Assembly (NCBI GenBank): GCA_033764015.1
Contig: JANRJK010000028.1
Location: 1-64,000, forward strand
Reading direction: 5' to 3'
Origin: Candidatus Sumerlaeia bacterium
GTDB taxonomy: Bacteria; Sumerlaeota; Sumerlaeia; SLMS01; JANRJK01
Length of the DNA: 64,000 nucleotides
Under the pieces are notes generated by a model. That model searched no databases, was not told the DNA's origin, and was given only the letters and a program-made list of their open reading frames with translations. The translations under genes and the position numbers were made by a program. Shown in pieces: positions 26,895-37,709 of this stretch; position 1 is the stretch's first letter; every line of letters begins with the position of its first letter.

Positions 26895-28274
26895 TTAGGA
26901 GAAGCCCACGTTCTGGTCCCGCAGCACCATGCCGCAGGCGAGCTTCGGCAGCAGGAACGTCGAGCGCGCCGGGAGCAGTTCGCCGTTCTCCGCGACCGCG
27001 AGGATCTGCTCCACGGAGAGCGGCCGCACCAGGAACGCAACCGAGCCCTTGCGCCGCTTCAACAGCCCGAGCGCCTCCGCCGTGTCCGTGGTGTAGTGCA
27101 CGTCGTCCTCGCCCAGTTCGACCTCCGGGTTGCCGATCCAGCCGCGCGTGATGACGTAGTAGTGCAGCATCGTCACGTCGATGTTCTTCAGCATGTCGCT
27201 CATCGTCTCCTCCTCGATCATGTCGGTGAGGTTGACGTCCTTGCGCAGCGTGAGCAGGTAGGCGCGCCCGTTCGGCAGCGCCATCACGAAGTGCGTGCGG
27301 TCCGCCGCGGCGGTCTCGAACTTCTCCTGCACCGCCTTCACGCCCTTCTTGGGGTCGTCCGTGTCGTACTTGAACGGCGAGACCGTGTAGAACTCGCGCA
27401 GGTCCTCCAGCACCTCGTTGATGTCCACGTCGGAGCCGAGCTCGCGGGCCAGGACGCGGTGGAAGGACGAGATGTTCAGGTGCTCCCGGTCCGCGTTGTA
27501 GAGGAACATCATCATCCAGTCGGAGGGCTGCTGCCCGTCGCGGCGGCCGCTCGCCTCGCGCCGCTGGTCGCGGTACATCAGCGCCGCGTCGTACACGTCG
27601 TGGCCGTCGAGGATGTAGAGGCGCTTCATCTTGAGCGCCTCGTGCACCGCGAGGATCGCGTCCTTCTTGTGGACCGCCCACAGGCGGTGCGTGTGGCCGA
27701 AGTGGTCCTTCGCCTCGAGCGTCGGCGCCAGCGGCTCCTTCGTCTTCTCGTTCACCATCGCGTCGTCGAGGATCTTGCCGACGGCGTCCTCCTCGTCCCG
27801 GTAGAGCATGAACGGGGGGATCAGGTTTACTTCGCACGCCTTCAGGAGGCGGAGCTGCTCCTCCTTGCGGGAAGGGAGCGTCTCCTCGTGCGAGCGGATC
27901 TTGCCGCTGCGGTAGTCCTGGAGCTTGACGAGGGCGATGAAGCCGCGGCGCTTGACGGCTTTGCGCGCGCCCGGCAGCTTGTACTCCATCTCGTAGACGT
28001 AGAGGCACTTGCGCTGGTCGTCCGCGAGGATGCCGCGGTGCTTCCAGTCCCGGTAGAGCTCCGCGGCGCGCGAGAAGCGGTTCGAGGAATCGTCGTCGCT
28101 GGCGGCCTCCTCGCCGGAGACCAGGCGGACCAGGTTGTGCTCGTGCTGCGCGTGGAGTTCCGCGCGCAGCGACTCCGAGACCAGGTCGGGGGGCGGACAC
28201 AGGAGGGGGCCTGCGTCGCCCGCCTCGTCCTTGAACTGGTAGCGCGTGCCGGCGAACGGTTTCACTTCGGCCAT
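26895..28274 (-). CDS. DUF1015 family protein
   Basis: MAEVKPF.G.RY, PP.D, HEET, YILDGH, P..ST.F.PKL..G. Confidence 0.85.
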   Translation of the reverse strand: MAEVKPFAGTRYQFKDEAGDAGPLLCPPPDLVSESLRAELHAQHEHNLVRLVSGEEAASDDDSSNRFSRAAELYRDWKHRGILADDQRKCLYVYEMEYKLPGARKAVKRRGFIALVKLQDYRSGKIRSHEETLPSRKEEQLRLLKACEVNLIPPFMLYRDEEDAVGKILDDAMVNEKTKEPLAPTLEAKDHFGHTHRLWAVHKKDAILAVHEALKMKRLYILDGHDVYDAALMYRDQRREASGRRDGQQPSDWMMMFLYNADREHLNISSFHRVLARELGSDVDINEVLEDLREFYTVSPFKYDTDDPKKGVKAVQEKFETAAADRTHFVMALPNGRAYLLTLRKDVNLTDMIEEETMSDMLKNIDVTMLHYYVITRGWIGNPEVELGEDDVHYTTDTAEALGLLKRRKGSVAFLVRPLSVEQILAVAENGELLPARSTFLLPKLACGMVLRDQNVGFS

Positions 28275-28410
28275 GGGAGCTGGATTCCTTTCGGTGGCGC
28301 CGGTCGCGGACATGACCGGCCGACGGCCCGGGAGCGTTCCGGCGCCCGGGCCACCATGTCAAGGCACGCTCCCGGGGGCTTCCCGCGCGGGCGCGCCGTT
28401 CGTTGATTTG

Positions 28411-28821
28411 TCAGGGTGTCGCGGGTGCTTCTTCCGCGGGCGCCGCGGGAACCTCCGCGCCGTCGCCCACCGGGATCGTGATGGTGTTCGTACCCCCCGC
28501 CGGCACCGTCGCGGCCGCGGGCGTCTCCGGCAGGTCGATCTGCCCCGCCGCCCGGTCGCGCTGGTTCCCGAGGAACGTCAGCACGAACGTCAGCACGAAG
28601 AAGAGGATCGCTCCGCCCATCGTCCAGTTGAAGAGCAGCTTGTCCGATTGGCCGATGCCGAGCGTCTCCGCCATCGCGGTCGGCGCTTCGATCTGCTGGC
28701 TCGTGAGGCTTGCGAGCCCGCCGGCCTTGCCGGGCTGCACCAGCACGATCATGATGAGGAAGCCGCAAAGCAGCAGGAACGCCACAGTGGCGACGACGAC
28801 GATGATTCCTAGGAGCGTCAT
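28411..28821 (-). CDS. secG: Preprotein translocase subunit SecG
   Basis: IVLVQPGKAGGL motif, two TM segments. Confidence 0.8.
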   Translation of the reverse strand: MTLLGIIVVVATVAFLLLCGFLIMIVLVQPGKAGGLASLTSQQIEAPTAMAETLGIGQSDKLLFNWTMGGAILFFVLTFVLTFLGNQRDRAAGQIDLPETPAAATVPAGGTNTITIPVGDGAEVPAAPAEEAPATP

Positions 28822-29012
28822 GGGGACCCGATTGCGAGGTGGTGGAGGGAGTTGCCGCCCTCAAGAAGCGAGAAGCGCACCACCCACCCCCGGAGTCTGT
28901 CAAGCCATTCACCTTCCGCGCCCACGGAACCGAACGCCCTTGAGCCATCGCGCCGGGGCGCCTCCCCATGACGTCCGAAGAAGCCTGACCATCCCCCGGA
29001 GGCACCCGCTCC

Positions 29013-29801
29013 ATGGATCTTAAACTCGCGAACCACACCGCCGTCGTGCAGGGGGCCTCGCGCGGCCTCGGTCTCGGCATCGCCCGCGCCCTCGCGGAGG
29101 AGGGCGTCGACCTGGTGCTCACCGCGCGCAACCTCCCGGCGCTGGAGGCCGCGGCTCGGAGCATCGAGGAAGCCACCGGCCGCCGCGCCGTCCCCCTCGC
29201 GCTGGACAGCGCTTCCCCCGAAGCCGCCAGCCGCGCGGTCGAAGCCGCCCAGGCCGCCTTCGGGCGCCTCGACATCCTCGTCTGCAACAGCGGCGGCCCC
29301 CCCGCGGGCGCGGTCCTCGACCTCACGGACCAGCAGTGGCTCGCCGCCGCCGAGCTGCTCGTCCTCGGCCCCGTGCGCCTCCTGCGCGAGGCGCTCCCGC
29401 TCCTCCGTCGCAGCCCCGCGCCCCGCTTCTTCGTCGTCACCAGCAGTTCCACGCGCCAGCCCGTGCCGGGCCTCGCGCTTTCGAACACCTACCGCCCCGG
29501 CGTCCACGGGCTGGTGAAGGCGCTCTCCGATGAACTGGCCGCGGACCGCGTGCGCTGCCACTCGCTCGCGCCGGGGCGCTTCGACACCGACCGATTGGCC
29601 CACCTCTTCAAGGTGCAGTCGGAGAAGTCCGGCAAACCCGCCGCCGAAATCCGCGCCGCGGTCGAGTCGTCCATCCCCGCCGGACGCCTCGGCGACCCGG
29701 CGGAGTTCGGCAAGCTCGCCGCCTTCCTCGCCTCCCCGCACGCCGACTACCTAACCGGCCAGAACTGGATGGTCGACGGCGGACTAACCCGCGCTCTTTG
29801 A
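29013..29801 (+). CDS. SDR family oxidoreductase
   Basis: GASRGLG, DILVCNSGGPP, PGRFDTDR, TGQ...VDGG. Confidence 0.92.
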   Translation: MDLKLANHTAVVQGASRGLGLGIARALAEEGVDLVLTARNLPALEAAARSIEEATGRRAVPLALDSASPEAASRAVEAAQAAFGRLDILVCNSGGPPAGAVLDLTDQQWLAAAELLVLGPVRLLREALPLLRRSPAPRFFVVTSSSTRQPVPGLALSNTYRPGVHGLVKALSDELAADRVRCHSLAPGRFDTDRLAHLFKVQSEKSGKPAAEIRAAVESSIPAGRLGDPAEFGKLAAFLASPHADYLTGQNWMVDGGLTRAL

Positions 29802-29847
29802 CATTGGTCCATGATCGCACACCAAGCACACACAACGGAGGCTTCAC

Positions 29848-30897
29848 ATGCGCATCGCACCCTTCCTCGCGGCAGCCGCGGCGATCGCCCTCTTCGGCGG
29901 CTGCGCCAAGCGGGATTCCGCCGTACTCATGGAAGCGGAACCTGAGATCGACAAAGACGAAATCGAGGAAGCCGAGGCGATGCGGGGGGACTACGACCGG
30001 TTCCTTGCGGGAAAGCTGCGAATCGCCGGACCGCACTTCACTGACCCCGCCGTGCCCTCCCCGTCGCTCCTCGCCGACCACCTGATCCTCAACTCCTTCA
30101 GCGCGCCGCGGGAAGAAGGCGCGCTGCTCCCACTGCGCCAGCTCCCGGACTACTGGCTAGGGCGCGAACCGCAACCCGGCACCTACGGCGTCGGCGCGGA
30201 ATGCTGGAGCTTCGAAGCCCGCGACGGGCGCCCTGCGGTCCTGGTCGAACGGTGGGCATTCTCCCAAAGGTTCGACGTCGCCAGCTACACGTTCGGCTCC
30301 GCGGGCCGCGGGCCGCTGCGCCAGCCCACAATGCTCTACGCACAGCTGGCGGAAGCGGACGGCGAACTCGTTGTGGAGTCCTACTCATTGTACCAGTACC
30401 CCTCGGCCTTCGGATTCAGCCAAAGCGGGCCGAGTCCGATCGGTACGCCCGGCTTCCCCGATGAGGAAGCGGGCGAGGCGTTCGCGACCTATTGGCGGGC
30501 ATGCACGGGGCGGGGTTACGAGTTCGCCGGTTGGGACGCGGGCATGTCGCGCGCCGAGGCGGACTTCCTCGCCGCCACGCTGACTTCGGCAAAGTGCGCC
30601 GGCGAGGAGCTGGCGGCGCTCCGCGGGCAGGCCGCGTCGCCGGGCGATTGGCCGTGGACCTCCGCACGCGCAGCGCTCCTCGGCCACCTCCTCGCGGTCA
30701 AGGCGATGCCTCCCGGAGACGCGGACGCGCGCGAGTTCGCCTCCGCCCTCGCGGAGGGCCGCAGGGCGGTCTTCGCCGACGCCGGGACTCCCGCGCGCCG
30801 CGCGCTGCGGGCTTGGATCGAGGACACCTCCGCCGCGCTCGCGGCCGGGGGCGCCGAACCCATCGCTATTCCGGTTGTAGGGCGTTTCGCCGAGTAA
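29848..30897 (+). CDS. Hypothetical lipoprotein
   Basis: GGAGG RBS, lipobox FGGC, 349-aa ORF. Confidence 0.65.
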   Translation: MRIAPFLAAAAAIALFGGCAKRDSAVLMEAEPEIDKDEIEEAEAMRGDYDRFLAGKLRIAGPHFTDPAVPSPSLLADHLILNSFSAPREEGALLPLRQLPDYWLGREPQPGTYGVGAECWSFEARDGRPAVLVERWAFSQRFDVASYTFGSAGRGPLRQPTMLYAQLAEADGELVVESYSLYQYPSAFGFSQSGPSPIGTPGFPDEEAGEAFATYWRACTGRGYEFAGWDAGMSRAEADFLAATLTSAKCAGEELAALRGQAASPGDWPWTSARAALLGHLLAVKAMPPGDADAREFASALAEGRRAVFADAGTPARRALRAWIEDTSAALAAGGAEPIAIPVVGRFAE

Positions 30898-30903
30898 GCA
30901 AAA

Positions 30904-30930
30904 CGGCCCCCGGCTCGTCGCCGGGGGCCG
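30904..30930. terminator. Probable intrinsic terminator between convergent genes
   Basis: CGGCCCCCGGC-TCGTC-GCCGGGGGCCG with a flanking A-run. Confidence 0.7.
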
Positions 30931-30957
30931 ATCTTCAGTCGCTGAGAGGGGAGCGGC

Positions 30958-32841
30958 TCAGCCCTCTCCCGCCTCGTCCTTGGCAGGCTTCGCGGGGGGC
31001 GCCTTCGCGATCGCCGCCGGCTCCGTCGCCGCCTCTTTCTTCTTCTCGTGCAGGAAGTCGATCACCGACTCCGGCGAGATGTTCAGCTTCTTCGCGACCT
31101 CTTCGACGAGCGGCCCGAGGCCAAGCGCCTTCGCCGATTCGAGCGTTGCGAAGACCGAGCGCGGGACCCCTTGGATGAAGCGGTCCAGCGCGGTGCCGCC
31201 GCCGTTCCCGTTGCCGCCGCCGAGGTCCACGATGCGCACCTCGCCGACGTTGGCCATGCCGTTGCCGATCGCTTCCGCGAGCGGCGAGACGATCTCGCGA
31301 CCCGCCCGGCCCAGCGCGTCGATGACCTCCGGCGAGCGGTCGATGATCTCGAGAAGCTGTCCTGCCGGACCGAGCTGGCTGAACGCCTCGGCCTTGCGCA
31401 GCACCGCTTCCGCTTCCGCGAGGCCGCGCAGGCGCACGCCTTCCGCTTCCGCGGAGAGGCGGGCGCGCTCGCCCTCGGCGACCGCGAGGCGCGCGGCCTT
31501 CTCGCCGTCCGCCTCCGCCAGCTTCTTCGCGCGAAGACCGGCGGCTTCCGCCTCCAGTTCGCGCTGCTTCGCCTCCGCCATGGCCTTGAGGCCCTCGGAT
31601 TCGGCGAGCTGGCGCTGCTTGGCGCCGAGACCCTCCTGCTCCTGCCGGAGCCGGTCCGCCTGCGCCTGCTTCTCGGCCATGATGTAGTTGGCCTGCGCGC
31701 GCTCCGTGGCTGCGAGGCGCTCGCCGCCGGCCTTGATGATGTCGGCCTCGCGGGTCGCGTCCGCGGTGATCAGCGTCGCCTTCTTCTGGCCGTCGGCCTG
31801 GATCACGTTCGCCTGCGCCTTCTTCTCCGCCTCGACGATGGTCGTGGCCTCGAAGCGGCGCTCGTTCAGGATCTTCTCCTTTTCCTGCAGGTTGATGCTC
31901 GCCTCGGTTTCGGCCTGCACCGCTTCGACCTTGAACACGCGGAGCTTGCGGTCTTCCTGCGCCGCGGCCTGGCTGGCGACGATCTCGACGCGGGCGCGCT
32001 CGGAGGAGATCTGCGCGGCGTTCTGCGCCTCGACCACTTCCTTCTGGCGCACGGCGTTCGAGATCTCCTCCATCGCGCGGGCTTGGGCCACGTCGCCGGC
32101 GCGCTGCGCCTCGGAGGACTTGATCTTGGCTTCGCGGTTCGCGTCCGCGACCCGGATTTCCTCGTCGCGGCGGGCTTCCGCCTCGGCGATTGCGGCGTCG
32201 CGCTTCACTTCCGCGGTGCGCCGGGCGCCGAGGGCGTCGATGTAGCCCTCCTCGTCGCTGATGTCCTGGATCAGGAAGTTGTCCAGCACCAGGCCCAGGC
32301 GCCGGAGGTCCGGCGTCACCTGCTCCTGCACTTCCGCGGAGAACTTCGTGCGGTCGCGGACCAGCTCTTCGACCGTGAGCCGCGCAACCACGCCGCGGAG
32401 CGAACCCTCGAGCGCCTCCTTCGCGAAGGCGCCGATCTGCTCGAGGCTCGAGTCGAGGAAGCGGTTCACGGCGTACTGCAGCATCCGCTCCTCCGTGCCG
32501 ACCTTCACGATGGCGACGGCGCCGACGGTGACGCGGACGCCTTCGTGCGAGGGCACGTTGGTGACGTGCAGCTTGAGCTGGAACGCGGAGAGCGGCAGCG
32601 TGCGCGCGCTCTCGAGGAACGGAATCACCAGCGCCGCGCCGCCCGTTATCAGCTTGTAGCCGTACTTCTGGCCGTCCGCCCACATGTAGGTGCGGCCGAA
32701 CTTCACCAGCACCTCGTTCGGCGCCACCTTCACGTAGAAGCGCCCCATCAGGCGCGCCACGACGAACAGCGCCACCGCCATCGCCAGCACGGCGACCGGG
32801 ATCAGGATCACCAATCCGAGGTTTTGTAGCTGTTCCAGCAT
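30958..32841 (-). CDS. Flotillin (SPFH domain) family protein
   Basis: N-terminal TM, LEGSLRGVVARLTVEE, IQDISD..GYIDALG, AEA-rich coiled coil. Confidence 0.92.
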   Translation of the reverse strand: MLEQLQNLGLVILIPVAVLAMAVALFVVARLMGRFYVKVAPNEVLVKFGRTYMWADGQKYGYKLITGGAALVIPFLESARTLPLSAFQLKLHVTNVPSHEGVRVTVGAVAIVKVGTEERMLQYAVNRFLDSSLEQIGAFAKEALEGSLRGVVARLTVEELVRDRTKFSAEVQEQVTPDLRRLGLVLDNFLIQDISDEEGYIDALGARRTAEVKRDAAIAEAEARRDEEIRVADANREAKIKSSEAQRAGDVAQARAMEEISNAVRQKEVVEAQNAAQISSERARVEIVASQAAAQEDRKLRVFKVEAVQAETEASINLQEKEKILNERRFEATTIVEAEKKAQANVIQADGQKKATLITADATREADIIKAGGERLAATERAQANYIMAEKQAQADRLRQEQEGLGAKQRQLAESEGLKAMAEAKQRELEAEAAGLRAKKLAEADGEKAARLAVAEGERARLSAEAEGVRLRGLAEAEAVLRKAEAFSQLGPAGQLLEIIDRSPEVIDALGRAGREIVSPLAEAIGNGMANVGEVRIVDLGGGNGNGGGTALDRFIQGVPRSVFATLESAKALGLGPLVEEVAKKLNISPESVIDFLHEKKKEAATEPAAIAKAPPAKPAKDEAGEG

Positions 32842-32868
32842 TTCCCCGCTCCTTGCAGTTGGATTCCG

Positions 32869-33426
32869 CTACCCCTTGCCCGCCGGCTCGACGGTCAGCG
32901 TGCCGCCCAGCGCGACCACCCGCACCGCCGCGCCGACCTTCAACTCCGTTTCGCCGGTCGAGCGGGCGGCCCGGTACACGCCGTCCACCTCGACCTCGCC
33001 GGTGCGCCCCGAAAGGATCGTCTGCGAGACGACGCCTTCCCTGCCGAGCAGCGCCTGCTCGGTGGTGTGCGAGGTGCTTTCGTTCTTGTGGAACATGCCG
33101 ATGATCGCGCGCGCCGCGGCCGCGATCGCCGCGCCGCAGACCGACGCCGACGCCAGCGACCCGATCGTTCCCGCGTCGAGCACGCTTGCGATGAAGCCGC
33201 CCGAGCCGAATCCGACCGCGAAGCCGGATAGGACCTTCAGGGAGAACCAGCTCCCGAGGTCGCCCACATCATGGCCCACACCGCCGCCGGCCACCGAAAC
33301 CCCGTCGGTGTGGAGACCTCCGACGTCGCCCGCGTCGCCGTGTCCCGCGTCTCCGCCCAGCATGAGCGACAGCAGCAGGAACAGCATTCCGGACGCGCCA
33401 ATCACTGCGTAGATGAGCCAGTTCAT
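32869..33426 (-). CDS. NfeD-like membrane protein
   Basis: TM N-terminus plus LLGREGVV...GEVEV...G..VRVV OB domain; upstream of flotillin. Confidence 0.85.
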   Translation of the reverse strand: MNWLIYAVIGASGMLFLLLSLMLGGDAGHGDAGDVGGLHTDGVSVAGGGVGHDVGDLGSWFSLKVLSGFAVGFGSGGFIASVLDAGTIGSLASASVCGAAIAAAARAIIGMFHKNESTSHTTEQALLGREGVVSQTILSGRTGEVEVDGVYRAARSTGETELKVGAAVRVVALGGTLTVEPAGKG

Positions 33427-33623
33427 GAGCCCGCGGGCCGCTCCTCGGTGGGATTCCGAGTCAGTTACCTAGAACACCACGAGTTATTCAAGGGCCCCGC
33501 GGCTAGCGGCAAGCGAAAGCGGCCCGCGCTCGCCGGCGCCCCCGCGCGTTTTCCTCTCGTTCCCGCGACCCGTTCCGTGCGTCACTGTCGCAAGCAGCGC
33601 CCCCGCCGCCCCGAGCTGGAACG

Positions 33624-34880
33624 ATGAACTCCGCAAACCGCATCCGAGTGCCCGACGCCGTCGCCCGCCAGGACCTCCACGACGCCCTCCTCGATATCAG
33701 CAATCTTGTCGGCAGCGTCATGCCCCTGCAGCAGATCCTCGCGTGGATCTGCCGCATCAGCGCGAAGGCCCTCCAGACCGACACCTGCACGCTCTACCTC
33801 CGCGAAGACGCCGTCGACCGCGACCAGCCGGGCACGCGGCGGCTCGTCTGCCGCGCCACCTTCGGCCTTCGCCAGGAGCTGATCGACCGCGGCGCCTTCG
33901 ACTTCGGCCAGGGCATCCCGGGCTGGGCCGCCGAGCGCAACAAGACCACCGCCGTCCGCGACGCCCGCCAGGACCCGCGCTACGCCCAGCTCGACGACGC
34001 GGACGACGAGGACTTCGTCGCCTACCTGTGCGTCCCCCTGCGCGTGCAGAACGAAATCATCGGCGTCATGTCGGTCCGCCGCCGCGAACCCACCGACTGG
34101 ACCGAGGACGACGCGGTGATCGCCGAGATCGTCGCCAAGCAGGTCGCGATCGTGATCGAGAAGGCGCGCCTCTACCAGGACAAGATCGACGCGGAAAAGC
34201 TGGCCGCGGTCGCCATCTCGCTCTCCGAGACGGCCCACAGCATCAAGAACATGCTCCACGGCATGTCCGGCGGCGAGTACATCGTCGAGCAGGGGATCGA
34301 CGCCGGCGACCTCGCCCGCGTCCGCCGGGGCTGGGAAATCCTCAAGCGCAACCAGGTCCGCATCCAGCGCCTCGTCGCCAACATGCTCTCCTTCTCGAGC
34401 AGCCGCGACCTCACGCGCATGCCCGCCGAGGTGAACTCGGTGGTCTCGATGATCGTCGAGGAGGTCCGCGACACCGCCGAGCTGCGCGGCATCCGCCTCG
34501 ACTTCGTCCGGGAGAAGTTGCTGCCCCGCGTGCTGCTCGATCCGACCGCCTTCCACGACGCGATCATGAACCTCGTGACCAACGCGCTCGACGCGATCGA
34601 GGAGGGACGCGTGGACGGCGAGGTGCTGGTCGCCACGCGCTACGACCGGGACCGCGGCACCGTCACCATCGCGGTGCGCGACAACGGCGTCGGCATCCCG
34701 GAGGAGGCCCGCGGGCGCCTCTACCAGCTCTTCTTCACCACCAAAGGGCGCGCCGGCACCGGCATCGGCCTCTGCGTGACCAAGAAGATCATCGAGGAGC
34801 TCGGCGGGCGCATCGACTTCACCTCCGAAGTGAACATCGGCACCGAATTCCGCGTCGAGCTGCCGATGATCGAGGAATGA
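33624..34880 (+). CDS. GAF-domain sensor histidine kinase
   Basis: GAF domain, AHSIKN H-box, NLVTNALDA, DNGVGI, FFTTK, GTGIGL. Confidence 0.93.
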   Translation: MNSANRIRVPDAVARQDLHDALLDISNLVGSVMPLQQILAWICRISAKALQTDTCTLYLREDAVDRDQPGTRRLVCRATFGLRQELIDRGAFDFGQGIPGWAAERNKTTAVRDARQDPRYAQLDDADDEDFVAYLCVPLRVQNEIIGVMSVRRREPTDWTEDDAVIAEIVAKQVAIVIEKARLYQDKIDAEKLAAVAISLSETAHSIKNMLHGMSGGEYIVEQGIDAGDLARVRRGWEILKRNQVRIQRLVANMLSFSSSRDLTRMPAEVNSVVSMIVEEVRDTAELRGIRLDFVREKLLPRVLLDPTAFHDAIMNLVTNALDAIEEGRVDGEVLVATRYDRDRGTVTIAVRDNGVGIPEEARGRLYQLFFTTKGRAGTGIGLCVTKKIIEELGGRIDFTSEVNIGTEFRVELPMIEE

Positions 34881-35518
34881 AGCCGCCCTACGTCCATCCC
34901 ACCGCCGTCGTCGACCAGCCCTGCGCGCTCGCGCCGGGCGTGGAGGTGTGGCACTTCACCCACGTGCGCGAGGGCGCGTCGCTCGGCGCCGCCGTGCGAC
35001 TGGGCCAGAACGTCTACGTCGGCAAGGGCGTCCGCGTCGGCGCCGGCTCCAAGGTGCAGAACAACGTCAGCCTCTACGAAGCGGTCGAACTCGAGGAGGA
35101 GGTGTTCTGCGGGCCCTCCTGCGTCTTCACCAACGTCGTCAACCCGCGCGCGGCGATCGAGCGCAAGGACGAGTTCCGCCCGACGCTGGTGCGGCGCGGC
35201 GCGACGATCGGCGCCAACGCGACGATCCTTTGCGGACACACCATCGGGCGCTGGGCGATGGTCGGCGCCGGCGCCGTGGTGACCGGCGACGTGCCCGATT
35301 TCGCGCTGATGCTCGGAGTCCCCGCGCGCCGCGCCGGCTGGGTGTCCCGCGAGGGCCACCGCCTGGAACCCGACACCGCCGATCCCGCGGTTCTCCGTTG
35401 TCCGGTGTCCGGCGGGCGGTATCGGCTTGTCGGCGCGGAGCGGCTCGAACCCCTCGAGGCCGACCCGCCGCTCAAGTATCCAGCCAGCGCACCGCCGGAA
35501 GGCCACGACCCCGCATGA
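34877..35518 (+). CDS. Hexapeptide sugar N-acetyltransferase (WbpD-like)
   Basis: VWHFTHV, LGQNV, KVQNNVSLY, VFTNVVNPR, GATIGANATI. Confidence 0.9.
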   Translation: MKPPYVHPTAVVDQPCALAPGVEVWHFTHVREGASLGAAVRLGQNVYVGKGVRVGAGSKVQNNVSLYEAVELEEEVFCGPSCVFTNVVNPRAAIERKDEFRPTLVRRGATIGANATILCGHTIGRWAMVGAGAVVTGDVPDFALMLGVPARRAGWVSREGHRLEPDTADPAVLRCPVSGGRYRLVGAERLEPLEADPPLKYPASAPPEGHDPA

Positions 35519-36567
35519 AGGTTTACGATGTCTCCAGCGAACCGGTCCGCGTCGCCATGGTCGGCCTCGGACAGTGGGGCCCGAACCTGCTCCGCGTCCT
35601 GCGCGAGAGCCGCGACTTCGAGGTCGCCGCGCTCTGCGACATCGACCAGGCGCGGCTCGACGCCTTCGCGGAGCTGCACCCCCGCGCGCTCCGGACCACC
35701 GAGCTGAGCGAGGCGCTCGCCGCCGATGTCGCCGCCGTCGTCATCGCCACACCGGCGAACCTTCACGTCGACCAGGTCGAGCACTGCCTCAAGCTCGGCA
35801 AGGACGTCTTCGTCGAGAAGCCCGTCGCGACCAGCCTCGCGGACGCGCGGCGGCTGACCGCGCTCGCGACGCGCCAGGGGCGCATCCTCATGGCGGGCCA
35901 CACGTTCCTCTTCAACCCCGCCGTCCGCCGCGTGAAGCAGGCGATCCACGAGGGGCTCCTCGGCAAGGTGAAGTACGCCATCTGCCAGCGCCTCTCCCTT
36001 GGGCGCATCCGCGACGACGTTAACGCCCTCTGGAACCTCGCGCCGCACGACATCTCGATCCTGCTCTACTGGTTCGGCGCGATGCCGAAGCGCGTCACCG
36101 CGCAAGGCCTGGTCACCTTCGACGGCCGCCGGCAGGAGGATGTCGTCTTCGCCCAGCTCGAATTCCCCGGCAACGTCCTCGCCAGCGTGAACGTCTCCTG
36201 GCTCGCCCCCACGAAGGTGCGCGACATGGTCGTCGTCGGCTCCGAGCGCATGGTGCGCTACGACGACGTGTCGAAGTCCGCGCCGCTCACGCTCTACCAC
36301 CGCGGCGCCGAGGAGGTGCCGAGCACCCGCCCCGACGGCACCGTCGACGGCTTCCACCTCGCGATCCGCCAGGGCGGCGAGGAGAGGCTGCAGGTAGACG
36401 CCGCCGAGCCGCTCGCGCTCGCCGTCGCGCACTTCCGCGCGTGCGTCGAATCGCGCGACGAGCCCTTCGGCTCCGGCAACGAGCTCCTGCGCGTCACCAG
36501 CGTCCTCGAAGCGCTCGACCGGTCGCTCAAGTCCGGCGGCGAGCCGCGCACCCCGGAGGCGCCGTGA
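35515..36567 (+). CDS. Gfo/Idh/MocA family oxidoreductase
   Basis: VGLGQWG, VFVEKP, LAPHDIS. Confidence 0.9.
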   Translation: MKVYDVSSEPVRVAMVGLGQWGPNLLRVLRESRDFEVAALCDIDQARLDAFAELHPRALRTTELSEALAADVAAVVIATPANLHVDQVEHCLKLGKDVFVEKPVATSLADARRLTALATRQGRILMAGHTFLFNPAVRRVKQAIHEGLLGKVKYAICQRLSLGRIRDDVNALWNLAPHDISILLYWFGAMPKRVTAQGLVTFDGRRQEDVVFAQLEFPGNVLASVNVSWLAPTKVRDMVVVGSERMVRYDDVSKSAPLTLYHRGAEEVPSTRPDGTVDGFHLAIRQGGEERLQVDAAEPLALAVAHFRACVESRDEPFGSGNELLRVTSVLEALDRSLKSGGEPRTPEAP

Positions 36568-37709
36568 CGCCCCGCGACCCGATCCCCTTCCTCGACCTCG
36601 CCGCGCAGACGGACGAGGTGCGCGCGGAGCTCAACGCCGCGCTCGCCGCCGTCCTCGAGCATGGCCGCTACATCAAGGGCCCCGAGGTCGGCGAGTTCGA
36701 GTGCGCCTTTTCGCAGTACTGCGGCGTGCCCTACTGCGTGGGCGCCTCCAACGGCACGTCGGCGCTCCACGCGGCGCTGCACTGCCTCGGCGTCGGGCCC
36801 TGCGACGAGGTGATCGTCCCCTCGCACACCTTCATCGCGACGGTCGAATCGGTGCTCCTCGCCGGCGCGCGCCCGGTCTTCGCGGACATCCGGCGCGACA
36901 CGATGCTCCTCGATGCGGGCGCCGCCGCCGCCGCCATCACCGAGCACACCGCCGCCATCGTCGGCGTGCACCTTTACGGCCTTCCTGTCGACGCGGACCG
37001 CCTCGGCTCGCTCTGCGCCACGGAGGAGCTGCTCTTCGTCGAGGACGCCGCGCAGGCCCACGGCGCGCGCTGGCGGGGACGCCGCACCGGCGGGCTGGGC
37101 GCAGCCGCCGCGTGGAGCTTCTTCCCCGGCAAGAACCTCGGGGCCCTCGGCGACGCCGGCGGCGTCACGATGCGCGACCCTGCGCTCCACGAGCGCGTCC
37201 GCCGCTACGTCGACCACGGGCGCGACACGAAGTTCACCCACTCCGAGATCGGCACCAACTACCGGCTCGACACGTTGCAGGCCGCGCTGCTGTCGGTGAA
37301 GCTCCGCCGCCTCGACGCCTGGAACGCGCGCCGCCGCGAACTCGCCGCGCACTACCGCGCGATCCTTTCCCAGGAGCCCTTCCGCTCGGTCCCCGTCCGC
37401 CTGCAGGAAGTGCCCGCCGAGGCCGAGCACGCCTACCACCTCTTCGTGGTCCGCGTCCGGGACCGCGACCACGTCCGCGAAGAGATGCTGAAGCGCGGCG
37501 TCGAGACCGGCCTCCACTACCCGGTGCCGTGCCATCTGCAGCCCGCCCTCGAGCACCTCGGCTACGGCCACGGCTCGCTCCCGGAAACAGAGGCCGCCGC
37601 CGCCGAAATCCTCTCGCTCCCGATGTTCCCCCACATGACGAACGCCCAGGTGGAACGCGTCTGCGACGCGCTCCGCCAAAGCCTCCAGACCGGAGTACCA
37701 CCCGCATGA
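36564..37709 (+). CDS. DegT/DnrJ/EryC1/StrS aminotransferase
   Basis: EDAAQAHG, SFFPGKNLGALGDAG, NYRLDTLQAA. Confidence 0.93.
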   Translation: MTPRDPIPFLDLAAQTDEVRAELNAALAAVLEHGRYIKGPEVGEFECAFSQYCGVPYCVGASNGTSALHAALHCLGVGPCDEVIVPSHTFIATVESVLLAGARPVFADIRRDTMLLDAGAAAAAITEHTAAIVGVHLYGLPVDADRLGSLCATEELLFVEDAAQAHGARWRGRRTGGLGAAAAWSFFPGKNLGALGDAGGVTMRDPALHERVRRYVDHGRDTKFTHSEIGTNYRLDTLQAALLSVKLRRLDAWNARRRELAAHYRAILSQEPFRSVPVRLQEVPAEAEHAYHLFVVRVRDRDHVREEMLKRGVETGLHYPVPCHLQPALEHLGYGHGSLPETEAAAAEILSLPMFPHMTNAQVERVCDALRQSLQTGVPPA